Part shown: positions 56,290 to 64,000 of the stretch, piece by piece
Numbering within the stretch: position 1 is the stretch's first letter
Layout of the letters: the number at the start of each line of letters is the position of its first letter
Source: the human T2T-CHM13v2.0 reference genome, Homo sapiens
Assembly: GCF_009914755.1 (NCBI RefSeq)
Contig: NC_060932.1
Strand: one strand, 5' to 3'
Length of the DNA stretch: 64,000 bases
Position numbers and translations under genes: made by a program
Notes under the pieces: generated by a model
Databases searched by the model: none
Seen by the model: the letters and a program-made list of their open reading frames with translations, nothing else
Told to the model about the DNA's origin: nothing

Positions 56290-57974
56290 ATGACACTGAG
56301 AGAGTCCACACTAGCTCCTGAAAGAGACAACAATGCTGCTGTCACAAGCATATCCCAGCATAGCACCTGAACAGTGGTAGCCCTCTAGGTTTTAGTTTAG
56401 ACAGTATCTGGAAAGAAACTTGATTGCTAAGATTTACTTTAGTGGTGGAAGGATGATGCATTAGTGTGCCTGTAACAGAAGAATACCAGTCTTCTTACTG
56501 TGATCTGGCACCGACCACAACTGTGCAAGTCAAACATGATGAAGTCCCCGCAGATGGAGCTGCCCTTCTGCTGTGTTGTGCTGAACAGCCACTGACCTGG
56601 GTGGGCACTGGGTCCATGCGTTGTTTGTTTCTCTCTGCCTGGAAAGCCCAAAGTGCTTGGAAAGGAAAGTGCTCTCAGTCAAGGAAGCCTGAGGCCAGTA
56701 TTTGGGAAGAAGGGGCAGGCATTGGCTCTGGGTCATTCATACAGAATTTTCATAGATAGAACTTACTTGTCTGCTACCTGAAACAAGAACACAAGAAAAC
56801 AAGACCGTATGCTTTGGCAGCTGTCTGAAAAATGAGTTTCCAAGAAATCAAGCAGAGATGAATATAATTTATGAATTTATCTTCTGTTTTTCATTTTTAA
56901 AAGGCTTAACGTGGCCTTCATTTATCTGAATCCATTTTACTTTGTGGTCATTTATAGCTCTTGCTGGTTTTGTAGAGTGATGTGTTGGGCAACCCTGGTC
57001 TAAGCCATTCTGCTCCTTTTACAGCCAGAGGATTAATAGCTTAAATAACTGTGATCCAAAAGCAGCCGGTTTTGTGATACGGACAGAAATTATGTCCTTT
57101 GATCTCTAAAAGCCTTCAAGTTCAAACACAGCCTTTATTTTAGTCAAAATTATACTCCCTTTTTAGCTACGTATAACACAAATTGTTCTGATAACATAAA
57201 ATTAGCATTGGTTTCTAAGAAGTGTAACATGGAAAATGCCTTTTTGAAAAACACTGATTTGTCTTATTTGAAGATCAGTCTTAAAATGATGCAGAGAATT
57301 TAGAATTTTCATTATTTGGAAATAGTATTACTACCAAGAGTAGAAAATTTTTAAAACTTTGCTCTCTGAATGCATTTTATTACTAAAAATATTTATTTTT
57401 TAATATTTGACTGTATATAATATAGCAGACACTATATTAATCATATGAATAATACCATGTTTTAAAAATAAATTTAAATTGTAATTAATGTATCTTTTTG
57501 GGTTTTCTAATTAAATTTTAATTTGCTTTATTGATATTAATGTTATAATTAAAAAGTAAGTATTTTTCAAAGCAAATTATTGCCAGTATCTTTATATTGA
57601 GAGTTCACTTATAATTTAGGTTTCCTAGAGAATGGTTGTAAACAGAAATGAAGGTATACTATGTCCAATTGATAAACACTAGGATATTCCACCAGTGCCA
57701 CTTATGAGAAAGCATCAATGGATTCATTTTCCCTCTATCTGTTCATTCCCCACCCAGCCTGATTCACACATGATTGTCACCCATTTGGCACCTGAGTGTG
57801 CAAATCCTAGTCTAGAGTTGACAAGAAAATAGAAGGGAGTATGAAAACTACAGTGTAAGAAAGACATCTTTGCTCAGCATTCTTTAAAATGCACTTCTTA
57901 TCTTCAAAGGGAATTCAAGCTTACTTTATATTAATTATAATCACTACTTATTAAGCTCTATATTCCTGTCAATT

Positions 57975-58130
57975 TTTCCAACAAATATATGCAGTTAATG
58001 TCATTATTGATGTTTTACAAATGAAGGGATCTAGATATTTGATAATTAATGATCTGTCTGAGGATATTTAGTAATAATTACAACTGGAATTCAACACCAG
58101 ATCTGTCTGACTGCACAGCCTGACAAAGTC
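57975..58130 (-). mobile_element. MIR remnant
   Basis: gttttacaaatgaaggga ... ctggaattcaacaccagatctgtctgactgcacagcc. Confidence 0.7.
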
Positions 58131-58358
58131 TTATGCAACTACATTTTAGCTCCTGTGTTGAACTTATCCTCATTCCCCTCTGCAGCCTCCTTGGATTGTT
58201 TGGATTCTGTAAAGGGGGCATCCTTATGCCATTGTCTCTGCATGGGATCTTTCATTTCCATGTTCTAGCACTTATCACCATGAGTCACACTTGGTAGAAG
58301 GTCATTAAAAGATTTTAGAAGTAAATAATGACATTCTCTCCTGTCTTCATTTCATTAA

Positions 58359-58386
58359 TACACACACACACACACACACACACACA
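58359..58386. repeat. (CA)n microsatellite
   Basis: Directly visible. Confidence 0.97.
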
Positions 58387-58842
58387 TTACTGAGGACTGA
58401 GGATCCTTATAAGCCTTTAAAATGTTGTGAAAGATTTAAAAGTTTAGCTAGAGAGAGGAAAAATAAAACAGGTGTTTTTGAAAAATGTGTATTCTGGGGG
58501 TTGTTTTGATGACATTTTAGATTTTCGAAGTTTTAAACAATGGAGAGCTTCGTTAAAAAAAAAGTAAAGATTAAACTAATTTTATTTTCTAATGATAAAA
58601 GTTATATTTCAAAATAATAATAATTATAAAATACAAAGCAGCAAAGGAAGCATTCATGTAATAACCCCTAAATAAAAAACAAAACTGTTTGAATTTTGTA
58701 TTTATAACTGTCAGTATCATTGTCATACACATATGTCTACTTATGTATGCACATTAAACATAAAATCAATTTCGGTTCACGCTTACAGACATTAATCTAA
58801 ATTTGTAAGACTGGATGTATGCCCAAATTATCAATCTTTGTG

Positions 58843-58970
58843 CATGTGTATATATATGCATATATAAATTTATATATGTTTAATATACATACACATATAT
58901 GCATACATACATATATGTATATACATATATGTAGGTATATATGTATGTATGCATATATATGTGTATATGT
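58843..58970. repeat. Degenerate TA/CA/TG low-complexity tract
   Basis: Alternating purine-pyrimidine sequence; source of the YIHI/CIYI-type junk ORFs. Confidence 0.85.
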
Positions 58971-59249
58971 AATTTTTAAAATACTGCATAAAACTGCCTT
59001 GAAATTAGAACATTTTGTAAGCATCGTATCTTATCAATCTTATCAATCTTATCAATCGGTAAATATCACCATAAGCATTTGTAATGAATGCACAGTGTTA
59101 TAAAGTTTTGGATATATTGATTATTGTTTAGCATAATAAATACTTCAGTGTATGCTACATATGTTTTAATTGCTGTGATTTTTCCACTTACTTTATACTC
59201 TCTGTGTGTGTATATTTAAAAATGTTAGACTGTTAAAAATTAGTGGCTT

Positions 59250-59537
59250 GGCCGGGCGCAGTGGCTCACGCCTGAAATCCCACCATTTTGGGTGGCCGAG
59301 GCGGGCGGATCACCTGAAGTCAGGAGTTCGAGACCAGACTGGCTAACATGGCGAAACCCTGTCTCTACTAAAAATACAAAAATTAGCTGGGTGTGGTGGT
59401 GCACGCCTGTAGTCCTGGCTACGCGCGAGGGTGAGGCAGGAGAATCGCTTGAACCCGGGAGGCGGAGATTGCCAGCCTGGGGGACGAGAGTGAGACTTCG
59501 TCTCAAAAAAAAAAAGAAAAGAAAAAGAAAAAAAAAT
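59250..59537 (+). mobile_element. AluS with an internal deletion in the right monomer
   Basis: ggccgggcgcagtggctcacgcc ... gcggagattgc|cagcctggg. Near-TSD aaaaattagtggct / aaaaatttagcggct. Confidence 0.97.
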
Positions 59538-59548
59538 TTAGCGGCTCA

Positions 59549-59840
59549 TGGCTCATGCCTGTAATCCCAGTATTTTGGGAGGCCGAGGCGGGCGGATCAC
59601 GAGGTAGGGAGATCGAGACCATTCTGGCCAACATGGTGAAACCCTATCTCTACTAAAAATTAAAAAATAAAAAAAAATTAGCCAGGTGTGGTGGTGGGCA
59701 CCTATAGTCCCAGCTACTCAACAGGCTGAGGCAGGAGAATCGCTTGAACCCAGGAAACGGAGGCTGCAGTGAGCTGAGATTGCACTGCTGCACTACAGCC
59801 TGGGTGACAGAATGAGACTCCGACTCAAAAAAAAAAAAAA
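59549..59840 (+). mobile_element. AluSc-like, 5'-truncated
   Basis: ggctcatgcctgtaatccc ... ggatcacgaggt ... gatcgagaccattctggcc ... A tail. Confidence 0.95.
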
Positions 59841-61147
59841 TTGAAGATATGAAATGTTCTAATTAGACCTACTTTAAGTTATTGTTTTATTTTAAAATGT
59901 TAGTATAAGTACTAACAATATAACATTTTATATTGTTATATTCCACTTGGTACAGGAAAGATGGAAATTATCTTTAAAATGGATGTGGGTGTGTGTACAG
60001 ATTTTAAATCTTAACAAGGAATTATTTTGTATCTACAACACCAGGAAAAATTTCTGAATACAATGGAAGCACATTTCTTGCTGCCACAGTGAGGGTAACA
60101 GGCGGACGGAGTTTTCTGTGCTGGACATCCCACTCCCCATTTTGGTTACCCGCCTTCCATTCCTGTGCAGTCAGTAGTTTGGTTAGTTAAGTGTATATTT
60201 CCACTGAAACATGAATAAACATGAATAGATTATATTACCCTAATACACAATTAAAAAGCTACAAATTTCAGTAGAAATCAGCTTACACAATTTATTTTCT
60301 TGCCAAATAAATCTATTAATACTACACACAGCAGTATTCAAGCATTGACTCATTCTTTTTGAATATTTTTACATAATCCTGGGATAACATAAATTGTTCA
60401 AGTATAAAGTATTATGAAGTTACAGAGAAGAAGTATTTGAAAAGTTATGATGATATCATTTGACTAAGAGGCGCACAATTTATTAGTATTTCCACTTTAA
60501 AGAATATTACTTCTTCAATAATTGACTTAATGTCTTGTTCTACTTTATTATTTTATTATTGTATTCGCCACATTACAAAGACAATCTACACATAATTTCT
60601 AAAGGCCATTTTCATATTTTGCAAACATAGTTTTTACATATTATTATTATTATTTACATTTTATTCTAGTTGTTGGCATATCACACTGTCTTGTCATTCT
60701 CTCTAGTCATTAATATACTACCTCTTTTCTGTATTCTAATTTCTGATACAGATATTCTAATGTAAAATATAATATATTCTATATTCTAAATTGCTCCCAC
60801 TTTCTTGCCTTATTTTTGAGCCGTGGTAGGAAATACACCATACATTTTATTATTTTAATAGTAGTAATGTTATGTAATAAACCATTCAAAGGATAGAGAT
60901 GGTAACATTCACATATCAGTTAATAAGTTGATCTTTTCCAAGGTAAGTCAGGTATGTACTAAGGGAAACTAACAAAAACAAAAAATTATAATATAACAAT
61001 TCCTCACAGGTAAATAATTCTGATGGTCTAGTAAACACTCTAGTGGGACAGAAAGTAGATCTCTGTGGGAGAAAACATCTCAATTCTGCAAACGCTCCCA
61101 AGGGTGGGTTAGCAGGACAAGACGTCTGTGCTTGGCTCAGAAGTTTG

Positions 61148-61228
61148 GCTCAATCACTACTTTCTATCCCGTGTTTTGCTCAACCACTACTTTCTATCCC
61201 GTGTTTTGCTCAACCACTACTTTCTATC
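61148..61228. repeat. 30-bp minisatellite, 2.7 copies
   Basis: Unit gctcaaccactactttctatcccgtgtttt with one mismatch in the first copy. Confidence 0.97.
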
Positions 61229-62585
61229 ATGAAGTGTTTACTTTCATAGCTGATCTTCAAGTTTCCTAGAAAGATGGTTCAGACTATTTTTCAGATTAAA
61301 AAAAAAAAAAACATTGCAGTTTACGAAGCTACATAGTACATTATTGAAGACAAGGGCCCACATAAAATATTAGTTGAATTTTAGAATTCTTTATAACAAT
61401 TCATATGAATTAGCAAAAAGTAGATTTCCACAAAGTACTCAGTATAGATTTTTTAATTGATTAATAAAAATGTTTAGAGATCAGTTTTTTCCATCTGTAT
61501 TTCCAGGCTATGCTGATTTTAGCTGAAGGCATATATGAGTAGGTTCAGAGATTCCTTAGCAGAGCCAGAAGGTATTTTGAAATGATTATAATAATGTAAG
61601 AAGTACATGGTTTCTGTACCTAACCTTGCTCAGATCACACATATGTTCTCAAATTTTCTTTTCTTTTTACATTTTAAGTGAGAAATATCTTGCTAGTAAA
61701 TCTGTTCTTGTAGATGTGACTTTTGTTGATTTTCCAACTTTGTGTACTTTTTCTGTTTAAATGAACTGTTATTTCACACTAGTCAGTAGGATAAAAGGGA
61801 ACCAAAAAAGGACAAAATAAAATAAGTCAGTGGCATGATTTATAAATGAAAATAGTCTGCATTACTTCTGCTGTAAGTGTATACCATAGAGAGTTAGCAT
61901 GCTTAAGTTTCTCTACAAAGCTATTGGAAGGTAATTATTTTATTCAGCAAAAGCACTATTGAAGAAAGACTTTGTGTAATGTCCTTTATCCAAGCCTAAT
62001 GTTCATTTTTATTAGGTTTTTAAAGTTTGTTTCCATGGCATATGACAGAGGAAATGCTTTCTCTGGAGACCTACTTTAAATTCTTATAAAATGTCATTGA
62101 TTAAATTTTCTTAAAGTAAATGTTAGACTCTATCTGGAGTCTTGACTGAAAATGTTCAACACACATACTTTATCCTTTAGCGTTTGGATATTGCGCTTCC
62201 CTGTTCTCTTGAGTGCTAAAACAAATTGGATATAATATAATTTCAAAGTGCAAAAAATAAACCACAGAAAGTTACACTCTGCATTCTTGATAGATAATCA
62301 TTTAGTATTGTTTGAACACAGGCTTTTGGTTTCTCTGAGTTAAAAAAATTTTAAAGGGAAATCTTTTCCAAACTGTTTACATAAGAAGTGTGGGATAATT
62401 TTGATAGCCAATTTTAAAAAGAAAAAATCTGTTTATATATGTTGTTTTATATGTGATGATTTCAGCATATCAAAATAGGATATTAGTATATATTAGCTCA
62501 CTAAAAATAATCTGCATAAAATTCTGGGGACCTTGTGTTACCATCTATTGTTCTTCTCACTTTTATTATTTATTTATCATTGCAG

Positions 62586-62624
62586 ATTAAAAAAATCAAC
62601 AGAAACTTTCCTGTAAACCAGCAG
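62586..62624 (+). CDS. SNTG1: Gamma-1-syntrophin internal exon, 39 bp (phase 0 to 0)
   Basis: T-rich tract then cattgcag|, donor cag|gtaaga. Encodes IKKINRNFPVNQQ, continuing the frame after TKHN. Confidence 0.93.
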
Positions 62625-63204
62625 GTAAGATCAAAGCATACTTGGAAAGCTAAATAATATATTTCTTTAATTTTATTGATTATAGAAGATAACGTTACCT
62701 GATTTCTAGACAGAAATAATTGGTACTGTCATTTACTATCTTCAGTGAGAAACATACATTTCAGATATCTCCTTCATATTATGTAATATATTGGTTCCTC
62801 TACTTATATTAAAAAGTACTTTAAAAATGTTTATCTAAGTCAAAAATTATTGTTTCTACAAAATAATTTATTTGAATACATTGTTGAAGAACTTAGAGTT
62901 TTATTTACATATGTTAGTTTTAGTATATCTTAACTTCTGGGAGACCTACTTTTAATTTATCTCAAAATTCAAATGAATTTTTCACAATTTGCTGACAGTA
63001 TTTCAAACGAGTCTAAGTTAATGCATAGAACAAAAATAATTTTGATTATTCAGTTCTATAAACCTCTTACTCTTGATATCAACTTTGATTTGAAACCACT
63101 GACAAATCTAAATATCTATGATAGCTATTTATAAATGATACATAAATTACAAATTAATTTTAATGATAAAAATGTTTAAATGCTCTTCAACTTATAAAAT
63201 GTAA

Positions 63205-63335
63205 GATATTTTTCTTATCTAAACCTCAGTTCCCCTATGTGCAACATTTGTGTAAGGGCGACTATCCTGTAAGTTTATTTTGAGGATTAAATAATAGCAC
63301 ATGTAAAGTTCTCAATCTATGCTATCATTATCATC
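63205..63335 (+). mobile_element. MIR remnant
   Basis: aacctcagttcccctatgtgcaa ... tgaggattaaataatagcacatgtaaagt. Confidence 0.75.
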
Positions 63336-64000
63336 AAAGTTTCTAAATGTTTACACTTGTTCTTTGGAATACAGAATTTATGTTTTGTAGAAATTGTATC
63401 ATTAATGATGCTGCTAGCCCAAATCAGCCTCCAAAGCCATGTGTAACTAGAACACTGTAGAGAACAGCTTTGGAGAGTTAATTGTGTCTACAATGCTCTG
63501 ATTAGTTCTTTTCAGCTCCAGAGGTCCCCTCCCTCCTACCTTAAGTCCCTCTGCCCTGAGCCAAGTTGATATCTTGGATAAATGCAGAGGTTGGAGAGAT
63601 GTACGTGTCTTGCCACATGCTGCAGCAGCCTGTAGTTGTTTTTAAGGCCCTTACTTACAGTGTGGAAACCAGAGCTGTCACCAGCAGCTTCTGCTTACTT
63701 GCTCTGTAACAACACCTGGGATGTTCCCTTTGTTGCTCCCATGCTGTCCCAGGTGATTCTGGTATGGGTGTCATCTTGAGAACTGCAGATAAGTGTAGTT
63801 CAAGATAGGTGTCATCCTGAGAGCTACAGTTTAATGCTTTTACAGGGTTCCAGTAGAGGGAAAATGTCATTAATAAGAAATTACTCAAATAGAAGAAAGT
63901 ATCAGCTATGAGGGAAGATTATAATGTCCATCAGTAGACAAGGCTGTTTTATAGTCAGATCTTTAAAAATGGAAATCTACTGTTTTGTAAGTTCCTCTCC

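Noticed and set aside
61285-61312. tttttcag|attaaaaaaa mimicking the start of the 39-nt exon
   Set aside because: The match is mostly an A run and there is no downstream donor or coding similarity.
62065-62952. ggagacctacttt repeated on both sides of the 39-nt exon
   Set aside because: A single 13-mer direct match in 64 kb is compatible with chance, and direct repeats cannot pair.

Overview
AT-rich, repeat-dense primate (most likely human) genomic DNA lying entirely inside the gamma-1-syntrophin gene SNTG1, transcribed on the + strand. Four internal coding exons (1884-1966, 8385-8515, 24757-24886, 62586-62624) have canonical AG/GT boundaries and splice in one open frame to ...APSDQSSGTSSPLCDSGLHLNYHPNNT/DTLSCSSWPTSPGLRWEKRWCDLRLIPLLHSRFSQYVPGTDLSR/QNAFQVIAVDGVCTGIIQCLSAEDCVDWLQAIATNISNLTKHN/IKKINRNFPVNQQ. 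None of these exons appears in the supplied ORF track, whose ORFs are repeat-derived or chance. The rest is intron filled with Alu, L1 (L1PA/PB/MA/MC/M), L2, MIR, L3/CR1, MaLR LTRs (a full two-LTR THE1, a solo THE1, MLT1s), MER58A and a piggyBac-derived MER85. Repeat subfamily calls and old-repeat boundaries are by eye and approximate. I found no convincing new biological system. The most notable details are: an Alu-L1 fusion inside one target-site duplication; a 140-bp local copy preserving a pre-Alu empty site; an unexplained A-tailed GC-rich insert in an LTR; a microexon/recursive-splice-like site at 55421-55455; one CpG-rich exon; a dense E-box cluster; and an intact CSB-PGBD3 palindrome in MER85.
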